NCBI GenBank assembly: GCA_051532055.1
Contig: JAOPTX010000066.1
Span: forward strand, 1 to 44,286
DNA length: 44,286 nt
Origin: Fibrobacterales bacterium
GTDB taxonomy: Bacteria; Fibrobacterota; Fibrobacteria; Fibrobacterales; JAOPTW01
Reading direction: 5' to 3'
The notes beneath the pieces were generated by a model, which had not been told where the DNA came from, did not search any database, and saw only the letters and a program-made list of their open reading frames with translations. The position numbers and the translations under genes were made by a program. This document shows positions 19,149-28,729 of this stretch, piece after piece (the first letter of the stretch is position 1; the number at the start of each line of letters is the position of its first letter).

Positions 19149-22073
19149 ATGAAATCAATATTACTCAGCATCCTACTCTTATCTGTTTTTTCACACTCAT
19201 TTGAAAAGTACAACAGCTATTCCAGCTCCCATTTTCATCTTGGTATCGGAAAAGGAAACAATGCTCACATCAATGAGCTTACTGCATTTTGTGAGGCAAC
19301 CTATGACACCCTTACGACACTATTTGGGATTGAACCCACTGAAAAAATCAGGATCGCCTTTATAGATAATAACGATTATGCCAACGGGTATGCAATACCT
19401 TTTAAAGGCTGGGTAGGAATCTACCTTCCTCCTGCCGATTTTGCATTACGCGGAAGTCACTCATGGCTTAAAAATGTCATTGCCCATGAAATTGCCCATG
19501 TATTCTCTCTTCAAGCACTTGGCTATACAAGTGATTTTCTAGGAGTAAATCTTATGGGTATTTATAACCGTAGCGCAAAACCTTATTCTCTTTCAACCAA
19601 CTTCGTCTATTTTAATTCCGAAACCGCCTGGATAGCAGAAGGCCTTGCACAACTCGGAGCGGAACTTGCAGGCCATGACACTTGGGATGCCCATCGTAAT
19701 ATGCATGAACGAATACGCTTCTCCTCTAATGATATTATCTCACTCCCTCAACTTGCCACTTTTTCAGGAGATAGCCGTCACAACGAGGGAATATATAATC
19801 AAGGGTATAGTTTTTGTCGGTACTTATATAGCCAATTAGGAGCTCGAAAGTTCATCTCTCTTTTAGAAGAGGGTAAAAAGAGCACATTTAGCAATGCTGT
19901 TGAACTTTTTTTGAAAAAACCCTATGAGGAAATTTATCATGACTGGCTAGCTTCGCAACAGAAAAAACATGAAAAGTTCACTCATCTTATTTCTGCCAAA
20001 AGCCACACACCAATCCCCGATAATTCCCCATATATTATAAACAAATCTCCTTTTTTTGTTAATAACACACTATACTACCTCTCCTCTGCAAAAAATGACT
20101 TTGGCATAACCAGCCTTTATCGATCTACACCTGATGCCGAGGAAGAGCTCGTAGATAATATTATTGGGAGCCCTGCAAATAATGGTGCGACAATATACGC
20201 GATTCAATCACAGCCATTAAAAGGTCATTTGATCCGTAATTCTATCATCAGCTACGATATTACAAACGCTTCAACAAAAGTGATCTTTGAAGATGCTCGC
20301 GCAAGTGCAGTCGCCGCATGTGGGAACAAACTCTACTATGTTGGAAGAGAAGATGGCATACAAAGTATCTATGAATATGAGCTTTCTTCGAGCCAAAAGA
20401 ACATTCTACACTCCAGTAAACTTTTTGAAGATATTGCATCGTTAATATGCACTGAAACTGACCTCTTATACACAACAGTAACAAAGCACGGGGAAGACAT
20501 TCATGTTTTCAACCTTCAAACAAAAACAAGTCGCCCTCTTATTACGACACCTTTCGATGAGCGCACCCCATTTATTCATGAAAATTCTCTGTTTTTCTCA
20601 GCAGATTACGATGGAGCCTTTCAAATTTATGAATACAACTTTATTGACACCTCAATAGTACAGCATACTCAACTTCGTGGAGGTGCATTTCAGCCTGTTA
20701 TCAATAAGCAATCGTTGTATGTTTCAGCATACGACTCTGCAGGCTATGTAATTTCTCAGCATCCTTTGATAGAGTCTCCTCATATCCCGATCTCTATCGA
20801 AAACACTCATACACAAATATCAAAGATAGACACCACTCACTTGACCTCTATCACGATGAAACGAATACTCAATGACCCCATAACCAAAAACAGAAGTCTT
20901 GGATGGGGGCTCACTGGCTACATACAAAATGTTTCAATGATGGAGGATGAATCAGAATTATTCGATTTTGGGCCTCGTATTGGTTTTGGAGGCAGCTACC
21001 TGTGGAGCAACCCAACAAACCAATCATCAACGTCACTCTCGCTCCTTATTGGAAGTGCACAAAACATAGGTGAACAACCCTTTAATAACAATGTAGACCC
21101 CATGTTTAACATCACAAAAACGTTCCATCTTTTCAATCAAAACACCCAATTCTCCACTGACCTGATTTACATGTCACTTGATACCATAATACGAGAAAGT
21201 ACCGATACCGACGATAATCAATCTGATAGCCTTACAATAACGCCACAAATTGTTTTAGCACAATCTCAAATGATGAGTAATCATATGATTTCAAATAATT
21301 CTCAAATAACTTATGGACCATTTCTACAAATGATTGGAGGATCTGGCTCTGTCAAGGAGCTAGGAATCCCTTTTAATTTGAGCCTAGGGCTAATATTCAT
21401 ACCACTTCAAACTCAACTAGGGTTTTCTATTTCTCCTGTATATTATGATGTTGACCCTGGAATTAAATACACCAATAGTGGGTATGTTATTGGAATAAAT
21501 ATATCACCCACCTATGTCGCTCTTCAAACTGAAGATGAGTTCATATCTTACCCCACACTTAATCTATCTCCTGAACTGCGCCTCTTTTCAAACTTACATC
21601 GTAGACTCTTTTTGAACATAAATGGTGTAGTAAATTCTTCAATTGGATATGCAAGTATTGATAATAACGGAGTACCGCAGTCTAAAACCCTTTACTCTCT
21701 ACAAGGTATTGTCTCAAGTAGCCTATCTTTGTGGATCCCTACTGCCACTTCATCTCGTTTTAAAAATATGAGTATTGACCTTTTTAGTGGCCTCTATGGC
21801 ACCTATGACAATATCCCTGAAGTAGAAGATGTTTCCCAAAGAGATATTCAAACAATTCGAACATTGCGAAATGATGTATTCTTTAATAGCTCACAGAACG
21901 CTTCTTCAAGCCCTTTCAATCAAATTCCAGCAACGTCACTCGGCTTGTCTTTCAGCGTTGGCTACTTTGGCTGGTCCCACTATTATAGTGAATGGACCCT
22001 TGGCTGCGAAACAATTCTGAAGAAGTTTAAGCGACTAGAAAAGCCACATGTTTTCTTGAATATGAGCTTCTAA
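19149..22073 (+). CDS. Exported gluzincin-type metallopeptidase domain + TolB-like beta-propeller + putative C-terminal beta-barrel
   Basis: Signal peptide; AHEIAH then WIAEGLA; YNQGYSFCRYL; LFFSADYDGAFQIY propeller repeat; C-terminal VFLNMSF. Confidence 0.75.
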   Translation: MKSILLSILLLSVFSHSFEKYNSYSSSHFHLGIGKGNNAHINELTAFCEATYDTLTTLFGIEPTEKIRIAFIDNNDYANGYAIPFKGWVGIYLPPADFALRGSHSWLKNVIAHEIAHVFSLQALGYTSDFLGVNLMGIYNRSAKPYSLSTNFVYFNSETAWIAEGLAQLGAELAGHDTWDAHRNMHERIRFSSNDIISLPQLATFSGDSRHNEGIYNQGYSFCRYLYSQLGARKFISLLEEGKKSTFSNAVELFLKKPYEEIYHDWLASQQKKHEKFTHLISAKSHTPIPDNSPYIINKSPFFVNNTLYYLSSAKNDFGITSLYRSTPDAEEELVDNIIGSPANNGATIYAIQSQPLKGHLIRNSIISYDITNASTKVIFEDARASAVAACGNKLYYVGREDGIQSIYEYELSSSQKNILHSSKLFEDIASLICTETDLLYTTVTKHGEDIHVFNLQTKTSRPLITTPFDERTPFIHENSLFFSADYDGAFQIYEYNFIDTSIVQHTQLRGGAFQPVINKQSLYVSAYDSAGYVISQHPLIESPHIPISIENTHTQISKIDTTHLTSITMKRILNDPITKNRSLGWGLTGYIQNVSMMEDESELFDFGPRIGFGGSYLWSNPTNQSSTSLSLLIGSAQNIGEQPFNNNVDPMFNITKTFHLFNQNTQFSTDLIYMSLDTIIRESTDTDDNQSDSLTITPQIVLAQSQMMSNHMISNNSQITYGPFLQMIGGSGSVKELGIPFNLSLGLIFIPLQTQLGFSISPVYYDVDPGIKYTNSGYVIGINISPTYVALQTEDEFISYPTLNLSPELRLFSNLHRRLFLNINGVVNSSIGYASIDNNGVPQSKTLYSLQGIVSSSLSLWIPTATSSRFKNMSIDLFSGLYGTYDNIPEVEDVSQRDIQTIRTLRNDVFFNSSQNASSSPFNQIPATSLGLSFSVGYFGWSHYYSEWTLGCETILKKFKRLEKPHVFLNMSF

Positions 22074-22246
22074 AATTGCCTAGACTCGACTATATAAAGT
22101 AATTTATAATATAACCCATATTTCCAAGTGCTTCCTCTCATTAAGCATCTTTAAAGAATAAATATTCTTGCTTTTTTAATTTACATCTCTCCCTTACGCT
22201 ATTTTTACTTACATTTCTTAAAAGAAAACCTTAATACTTAATAAAA

Positions 22247-22909
22247 TTGAAAAACATCCCTATACCTAGATACCCCATTTTCTTGCTACTCCTAGCCCTA
22301 CACATTCTTGTAAGTTGTTCAAGTTATCATAAACCAAAACTTGTGACTCACTCGCCTCAAGCTATGAACCCAAGAATTGCCTTAGCCTTTCTTGATACAA
22401 AAGATCTAACAGGAAAAAAATCCAAAGATCTCGCCACTATTTTAGAATCTAAACTCATCAATCAAATTACTAAGAGTAATACCTATCAATTTGTTGAACG
22501 TGACAACCTTGATAAGGTATTAACCGAGCAATCAATGAAAGAGACTGGATTAACTGAAGGCTCAAATGTAGAACTGGGAGGATTGTCCGCTGCGCACCAT
22601 TTTTTGAAGCTCACCATTAACTCTTACGAAGAAATAACAGATAAAAATAACCTCATGTTTGTCGTAAAGTACAAACAAAAAGTAACGCTTGAGGTCAATG
22701 TATCTGTAGTGAGTGCTCAAACTGGAAATGTTATATTTAATAAAACATATTCTAGTATGGCTGCCAGAAAGAACGAAACAGCTTTTGGCATTGGAGAGAC
22801 GATAGATTTCAAATTTAAATCTAAAAACTCTTCGTTACTCTTTGAAAGTATTGCTAATCAACTTATTACAGACAATGCTCTACTATCAACGTTACAAACA
22901 CACAATTGA
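22247..22909 (+). CDS. CsgG/HfaB-like lipoprotein
   Basis: Lipobox LVSC; FVERDNLDKVLTEQ..ETGL, VVSAQTG; TTG start. Confidence 0.72.
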   Translation: MKNIPIPRYPIFLLLLALHILVSCSSYHKPKLVTHSPQAMNPRIALAFLDTKDLTGKKSKDLATILESKLINQITKSNTYQFVERDNLDKVLTEQSMKETGLTEGSNVELGGLSAAHHFLKLTINSYEEITDKNNLMFVVKYKQKVTLEVNVSVVSAQTGNVIFNKTYSSMAARKNETAFGIGETIDFKFKSKNSSLLFESIANQLITDNALLSTLQTHN

Positions 22910-22938
22910 AATCATACAAACTAACAAAGGAGAATCGT

Positions 22939-23319
22939 ATGAAACTTAAACTAGCAACACTCATTATTATTTCATCTGTACTACTACTTATCAGTGGTTG
23001 TGCATCATCTTATACTACAGTAATGTCACCAGCTACTGATGAAGTACTTATCACAACTGGTGATATGCCAAACAAAGAGTATACAACTCTTGGATTTGTA
23101 GAAGCTTCTTCAACTGTTCTAGGAGTTGGACTCCCTACAGAAGAAAAAATCTCTGAGATGAAATCTATTGGCTTGAATGATGGCCTTGTAGAAAAAGCAA
23201 AAGCAATTGGTGCAGATGCGGTGATTAACGTTGAATACTCAACTGTTACTGCTTCAGCATATTTGATTTTTAGCCAATTCAACCTTTCTATCAAAGGTAC
23301 TGCGATCAAATACAAATAG
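22939..23319 (+). CDS. YbjQ-like (heavy-metal-binding fold) lipoprotein
   Basis: SD AAGGAG + ATG 22939; lipobox ISGC; YTTLGFV...AKAIGADAVINV...GTAIK. Confidence 0.75.
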   Translation: MKLKLATLIIISSVLLLISGCASSYTTVMSPATDEVLITTGDMPNKEYTTLGFVEASSTVLGVGLPTEEKISEMKSIGLNDGLVEKAKAIGADAVINVEYSTVTASAYLIFSQFNLSIKGTAIKYK

Positions 23320-23340
23320 AAACATATTAGTTTTTATTAG

Positions 23341-23378
23341 AAAGGCACCTTCAATATAATTTGAAGGTGCCTTTTTTT
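23341..23378. terminator. Intrinsic terminator between convergent genes
   Basis: AAAGGCACCTTCAA-TATAAT-TTGAAGGTGCCTTT followed by further Ts. Confidence 0.9.
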
Positions 23379-23393
23379 ATTTAAAATTCAGAA

Positions 23394-24233
23394 TCACTTC
23401 TGTTGTTGTAAAGAGTCGATTGTTTGCCATAATAACTGTTGATTCTCTGGCCTATACCGAGAAAAAGCACCAATATGACCACAGCTATCAAATGATAGTA
23501 ACGCCTTTGGAGATTGAACCTGCGAATAAACCTCCATTCCTAACTCATAAGAAACTACCCGATCTTCTTCACAATGGGAAACCACAATTGGAATCTTATG
23601 CATTTTGCTAAAATATTCAGCGGGAGCGAAATCATCTGAAACCAATAGATAAGATAGTGGTTGAAAAACCCATGTCACCCAATGAGAAGAAAGTAAACCT
23701 CGTGCAGCACCTTGATACGAACTAAATGAAGCATCAATAAGTAACAAATCAATACTGTCCTTCCTATCCCACTCAGCTATTACTGGAACCGCTACTGCTC
23801 CCCCAAGGGATTGAGCAAACACATACAGGTTTTCTGAGGCTGAAGGAATAGAGTCCATAACTACATCCATTGTAGTTAATCCATCTTTAAATAGCTGTTC
23901 TCTTGAAGGGCTGCCCGTTGATTGACCATAACCACTATAATCCCAAATAAAATAGTCGTACCCATGGTACACAACCCAAATAAATGCGAGAAAGTGAGCC
24001 GACAAATTCTGAGCATTTCCATGGAAATGTACTATTAGGCCTTTTGAGGGTTCTTCACCCTTATGAGGAAATAAACGTCCATGGAGCTTTTGGCCATCAT
24101 CTCCATAGTATATATCTCGATAATCAAGCTTTGATTTATCTATTACAGAATAAGCATGGGGTGACGGTTGATAAAACACACCATTGCATCCTAAATGTAA
24201 CAGCGTAAACAATATTAGAATAAGAAATTTCAT
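23394..24233 (-). CDS. Alpha/beta hydrolase lipoprotein (YfhR/ABHD-like)
   Basis: Lipobox-like HLGC; HFHGNAQN, DYSGYGQSTG, AQSLGG nucleophile elbow, candidate Asp (EDRVV) and His (CGHI). Confidence 0.85.
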   Translation of the reverse strand: MKFLILILFTLLHLGCNGVFYQPSPHAYSVIDKSKLDYRDIYYGDDGQKLHGRLFPHKGEEPSKGLIVHFHGNAQNLSAHFLAFIWVVYHGYDYFIWDYSGYGQSTGSPSREQLFKDGLTTMDVVMDSIPSASENLYVFAQSLGGAVAVPVIAEWDRKDSIDLLLIDASFSSYQGAARGLLSSHWVTWVFQPLSYLLVSDDFAPAEYFSKMHKIPIVVSHCEEDRVVSYELGMEVYSQVQSPKALLSFDSCGHIGAFSRYRPENQQLLWQTIDSLQQQK

Positions 24234-24241
24234 TTGTACCA

Positions 24242-24781
24242 TTACTTGAATTTTGTAATTATGCGACCTTTCTCATCAAATTTGAATTTCTTAATAATTT
24301 TATTATTTACCCATATTATTTCTGACCTTTTTATTCCTTCTTCTGTCCACTCTATAGCTGAGCCATTTAAAACCCCCATAGTCCAATTTTTTTCTGTCCT
24401 CTTTTTTCCATTCGGCCACCAGGTAAATGACTTACCATCAATTTTTCCCTGTTCATAATTCAACTCACCTTGTTTTCCACCCGATTCATACCATGATTCA
24501 GATTTACCATGCTTGTTTCCTTCAAAAAAATGTTCTTCAAACTTAATTGACCCTTTTACATAGTAAATGACATCACGGCCATGCTGGATCCAATTATCTG
24601 AAGGATCTCGATAGACATAATATATTCTACGGGGCCTTCTACTTAAAGTTCTTTCTATTCGTTCTTCAACTTCTCTTCCATCTTCAGAAACCTGAACACA
24701 CCTATTAAGTTCAGGAGGGCGCCCCCCATAACAACCTAATAGAATATTGAGTATCACTATCCCTAGCACTAACTTAATCAT
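24242..24781 (-). CDS. MORN-variant (YwqK-type) repeat lipoprotein
   Basis: Lipobox LLGC; repeats HG..ESWYESG, DG...TWWPNG, NG...EWTEEG; ATG 24781. Confidence 0.78.
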   Translation of the reverse strand: MIKLVLGIVILNILLGCYGGRPPELNRCVQVSEDGREVEERIERTLSRRPRRIYYVYRDPSDNWIQHGRDVIYYVKGSIKFEEHFFEGNKHGKSESWYESGGKQGELNYEQGKIDGKSFTWWPNGKKRTEKNWTMGVLNGSAIEWTEEGIKRSEIIWVNNKIIKKFKFDEKGRIITKFK

Positions 24782-24794
24782 ATATATACCCTTT

Positions 24795-26732
24795 TTAAAA
24801 ATATAATCCCCACTCAATTCCTCCCTCTCCATATGTGTCATTAACTACAGACCGAAGACGAACTTCTGATTTCGGCGATATATTAAACCTTAACTCATTA
24901 AATAAAACAAATTCATTAACCTTCTCGCCTATCAGGGGATAAAAATAAGTTCCCCATCCAGTATAAGAAAGCCACCTTTTTAAACGTAATCTCACTCCCA
25001 AGCGAGATTGTGGACCCGCATTAACATAGTAGCTATACCAAGAGGCCGCTCTTATCTTGCACTCTAAGAGTCCATAAACCCATATTTTATTTTTTAACAT
25101 TGTGAATGTTTTGCCCGCCCCCACTTCAGAGTACAGTGAATTTTTAAACGCCTTTGAACCTTTCCTCGTATCAATCGCAATATTAAAACGCCATGACCAT
25201 GGGTTAAAAAAAGCGTTATGGGGAAGAAGAGCTTGAATATGAAACCCCGTTAAAGAATAGAGCCCCAAGTCCCAGCCACTTTTTGTTTTGCGCCCTCGCA
25301 CTTTTGCTACAAGAGTCTCTACAGTCACACCGTTTAGAAGCCCTGTTTCATCTGAGTTCTCATCATGATAAGACATCCTAAGGTTTACACCAAGATAAGG
25401 GTTAAAATGCATCATCCCTGACTCACCAGCTATTCGATAGGGTAAATGGCTACCATGAGGATATTTAGTTGAATCAATCGGGATATTTTTAACATAACTC
25501 GATTTAATTCCTTTAAAGCCAATTCGTTGTAGAAGAAGAGAGCGTTGTTTTTTACCCCAAGAAGAGATTTCTTCCACACTCTGAGACTTTCTTTTCTTCA
25601 TTTGAATATAATCCAAGCCAAGATCAACAACCCTTAAAAATGATGTGGTATCAACCTTTTTAGCCTCAATTAAGCTACGCAAGTCTATAGTATCTGATTC
25701 CATAACTCTAGTTAAAACTTCTTCTTCAACATCATTAAGCAGCAAAAAATTATGATACATTTTACTAAACAATGACGGTCTAAAACTAATCTCTTTAACG
25801 AGCCCTGGAACTGAATTAATCGATTTCAGCGTCTCAACAGGAATAGCAAATATTGGAAATTTATCACTCAGCTTCCATTGTGGGTTGAGTATATCAAGAA
25901 GAGTTAGAATATTATACGAACAGTTTTCATCAAAGAAATAATAATCCATCCAAGTATCACCCATCTCCCAAATATGATCAACCAAAAAAGACAATTGGCT
26001 ATCATCAAGGTCTAATGTGTATTCCCACATGTCCCTTTGTTCCATATTCGCGTAATTCTGAATTGATACATAATATGGAAATATGCTATACATCCCTCTA
26101 TAGCCACCAAACAAGCCATTTAAGACATAAAATATTCCTGGGCCATCTGTTTGGGTTGCCCCATAATTAACAGCATAATTCAACATTTTCTTTCTATTTC
26201 TATTAGATAATTTATCTAACCGCAAAAATGTATGGCCAAACATAGAGGCGGGATTATTCATGTAACTTGATGCAAAGACTATAGTAACTTCATTAACGCT
26301 CAGCTTTTTTTTCCATTCATTATACCGAACACAGGTATACTCAGGAAAAAGAGAATCAGGTATAGATAACATGTTTTGTAAATAAGACTTCCTAGCTGGA
26401 AACCGGCACACGGGATGAAAGTCCAATGAATCTTGAACCTGATCCATCTTTGTCAGGTTCTGATCGCACAGAAGGCCTTCTATATTTCGATGGAGTTCAG
26501 ATTGACTGTCAAACTTACCGAGTGGAGACAAAAAGAAATTACCACCATCGACGTCACTTTGAGCCTGAATATCTGCATTTTCATAATGCAATAATCTTAA
26601 CCATGTAGTGTCATGATGTATGAGTAATGAGTCTGCTTTTTTAATATACTGAGTGATGTTATGAGAATCGCGACATTCAGCCCAAGTATACTGAGCCCAT
26701 AGTAGAATTAATAGAACAGCATAATTTTTCAT
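24795..26732 (-). CDS. DUF4105 (Lnb N-terminal-like) domain protein with putative C-terminal beta-barrel
   Basis: Signal peptide; CRFPAR, NPASMFGHTFLR, RDMWEYTL, YYFFDENCS; C-terminal IEWGLYF. Confidence 0.85.
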   Translation of the reverse strand: MKNYAVLLILLWAQYTWAECRDSHNITQYIKKADSLLIHHDTTWLRLLHYENADIQAQSDVDGGNFFLSPLGKFDSQSELHRNIEGLLCDQNLTKMDQVQDSLDFHPVCRFPARKSYLQNMLSIPDSLFPEYTCVRYNEWKKKLSVNEVTIVFASSYMNNPASMFGHTFLRLDKLSNRNRKKMLNYAVNYGATQTDGPGIFYVLNGLFGGYRGMYSIFPYYVSIQNYANMEQRDMWEYTLDLDDSQLSFLVDHIWEMGDTWMDYYFFDENCSYNILTLLDILNPQWKLSDKFPIFAIPVETLKSINSVPGLVKEISFRPSLFSKMYHNFLLLNDVEEEVLTRVMESDTIDLRSLIEAKKVDTTSFLRVVDLGLDYIQMKKRKSQSVEEISSWGKKQRSLLLQRIGFKGIKSSYVKNIPIDSTKYPHGSHLPYRIAGESGMMHFNPYLGVNLRMSYHDENSDETGLLNGVTVETLVAKVRGRKTKSGWDLGLYSLTGFHIQALLPHNAFFNPWSWRFNIAIDTRKGSKAFKNSLYSEVGAGKTFTMLKNKIWVYGLLECKIRAASWYSYYVNAGPQSRLGVRLRLKRWLSYTGWGTYFYPLIGEKVNEFVLFNELRFNISPKSEVRLRSVVNDTYGEGGIEWGLYF

Positions 26733-26770
26733 AAAAAAAAGGCTTGAATAGAACCCTACTCAAAGCCTTT
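26733..26770 (-). terminator. Internal intrinsic terminator between the DUF3015 genes and the DUF4105 gene
   Basis: Minus strand AAAGGCTTTGAGTAG-GGTT-CTATTCAAGCC-T8, immediately followed by ATG. Confidence 0.72.
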
Positions 26771-26788
26771 CCTTAATTTATTCTTTAT

Positions 26789-27259
26789 TTATATTGTTTC
26801 TATACAAGAATCAATATCAGAAGAGTAAATAACCTTTTGAGTATTATCTAAGGCCTCACCAGGATTAACTAACTCTGAGGTAAATATTTTGTCATAGTTA
26901 GCTTGAAGTACCTGTTGTGCACTTTCAGCATCTTGACCTTGACAACCCACTAAACTAATAAAAGCAGTTAAGTTCTCACCTTCACCTTGAGCCATTTCTT
27001 GTTTCAAAGATTCATAGTTTGCACTAAAAAAGAACTGCTGTTCTTTAGTTCCCATGGCAATTTCATCTTCAACACAATTTGATGTTCCAGAGCTTAATGC
27101 GCCATATTTTATAGGAAACCAAGTAAAGTTTGAAGTAGAAGCAAACGATTGAATACCAGACTTACCAATAATTACCGATCCAGGTCCACAGCCTCCCATT
27201 CCATATTCTTGTGCAAAAGAAACAGTTACAAACATTAAAATTAACAGTATTTTCTTCAT
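26789..27259 (-). CDS. DUF3015 family exported protein
   Basis: Signal peptide; YGMGGCGPGS...SSGTSNC...EMAQGEGENL...GC. Confidence 0.85.
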   Translation of the reverse strand: MKKILLILMFVTVSFAQEYGMGGCGPGSVIIGKSGIQSFASTSNFTWFPIKYGALSSGTSNCVEDEIAMGTKEQQFFFSANYESLKQEMAQGEGENLTAFISLVGCQGQDAESAQQVLQANYDKIFTSELVNPGEALDNTQKVIYSSDIDSCIETI

Positions 27260-27269
27260 AATTATTCTC

Positions 27270-27785
27270 CTAAATGTTCACAACACATTGTGTCGAAAGT
27301 TCATCATTATCTTGTATCATCTCATCAAGAGATTCAACAACCTCTTTAGATGACTCTTTGGAGAAAATATCAGAATATTGTTCTTGAGTTTTTTCAATAA
27401 AGAGTGGTGTAATTGACTCATCACATCCCATAAGAGATGATAGAGCTACAATATTGTCACCTTCTCCCTGTGCTGCTTCTACAAGAATTTCTTCATAATT
27501 CGCTTCTACAAAATGGAACTGCTCTTCGTCATTCATTGAAATCCCATCATCTTCGCAATTTGAAGTTCCCGATGAAATAGCAAATGATTTTGTAAATACG
27601 ATCAACCCTACACCTTGCACAAATGTACCAATAAAAAAGGCATCATCTATTAAACTTGCGATAATTTGTGAACCTTGAGATTTATCCCCTATAACAAGTG
27701 ACCCTATACCACACCCTGCCATACCATAATTACCCGAATACGATAATGTACTCATCAATAATAAGCTAAAAAGTAATCTTTTCAT
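27270..27785 (-). CDS. DUF3015 family exported protein (paralogue)
   Basis: Signal peptide; YGMAGCGIGS...SSGTSNC...EAAQGEGDNI...MGC. Confidence 0.85.
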   Translation of the reverse strand: MKRLLFSLLLMSTLSYSGNYGMAGCGIGSLVIGDKSQGSQIIASLIDDAFFIGTFVQGVGLIVFTKSFAISSGTSNCEDDGISMNDEEQFHFVEANYEEILVEAAQGEGDNIVALSSLMGCDESITPLFIEKTQEQYSDIFSKESSKEVVESLDEMIQDNDELSTQCVVNI

Positions 27786-27868
27786 ACATCCTCAGTCTAG
27801 ATTTGTTAACAATCCAATATTAGTAAATATATTATCTTTATAAGCATAAGTTTTTAGGAAAGCTCTCC

Positions 27869-28729
27869 ATGATGTTTCAATATTTTTTTCTATGCCTCCT
27901 TTTTGTAGTTACTACAGTTCATACCCAAACTACCCACAGCAAACAGGTACCCTCTATAGCTGTTCTCCAATTTGAATCATCTTCAATTGATTCAAGCCAA
28001 TCTGAAATAATTACTTCACTCATTGAAAGTGAATTAATTAAAACCAAAATGTTTAAGATATTAGAACGACAACAAATGAATAAAATACTTGGAGAACAAG
28101 GGTTTCAGTCCAGTGGAGCGTGTAATTCTACTGATTGTCAAATTGAGCTCGGCCAACTACTTGGAGTGGACCAAATCTGTACCGGTTCAATTGGCAAAGT
28201 CGGTAACACCTTTATTCTCACGGCTAAACTTATTGATATTCAAACAAGCACGATAACAAAGTCTGGGAATGCAACAACGAAAGGATATATAGACGACCTT
28301 ATATCAGAATCTATACCAAAAGTGGTTGCTCAAATTACTAGTACCTCGACACAAAGTAACAGTAAAGCCACTGATAATTCTCTGGCCGGTATTGGAAAAG
28401 AGCTGGGAAAAACATTGATACATTCTCTAAAAGGCTCTGAAAAAGATCAACCTAAGAGTCAGGAAAAAGGCATTATTGGTATACGGTATAGACCATTTAA
28501 GTCTTTTTTCAAAATAAAATTAGTATCACCGAGTACACCAGCGTATTATGCTGACATACTAAAAAATGACATAATTATTTCAATTGACAATGAATCAATT
28601 GAAGGGTACACAACCAATAAGGTTAAACGGATGCTCAGTGGCTACAAAGATGAAGCTATAACCCTCGGATTGATAAGAAAAAAACATCCCGTCAATGATA
28701 CAATAGCTATTACTTTAATTAGAAAATAA
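27869..28729 (+). CDS. CsgG-like domain + C-terminal PDZ domain exported protein
   Basis: LERQQMNKILGEQGFQSSGAC...C.IELGQLLGV; PDZ GIIGI...TPAYYADILKNDIIISID. Confidence 0.72.
   Translation: MMFQYFFLCLLFVVTTVHTQTTHSKQVPSIAVLQFESSSIDSSQSEIITSLIESELIKTKMFKILERQQMNKILGEQGFQSSGACNSTDCQIELGQLLGVDQICTGSIGKVGNTFILTAKLIDIQTSTITKSGNATTKGYIDDLISESIPKVVAQITSTSTQSNSKATDNSLAGIGKELGKTLIHSLKGSEKDQPKSQEKGIIGIRYRPFKSFFKIKLVSPSTPAYYADILKNDIIISIDNESIEGYTTNKVKRMLSGYKDEAITLGLIRKKHPVNDTIAITLIRK

Noticed and set aside
22247..22909. Curli secretion system
   Set aside because: No csgA/B/E/F-like genes; the CsgG-like fold is widespread outside curli loci
24242..24781. YwqK antitoxin of a toxin-antitoxin pair
   Set aside because: Generic MORN-variant repeats on a lipoprotein; no adjacent toxin recognised
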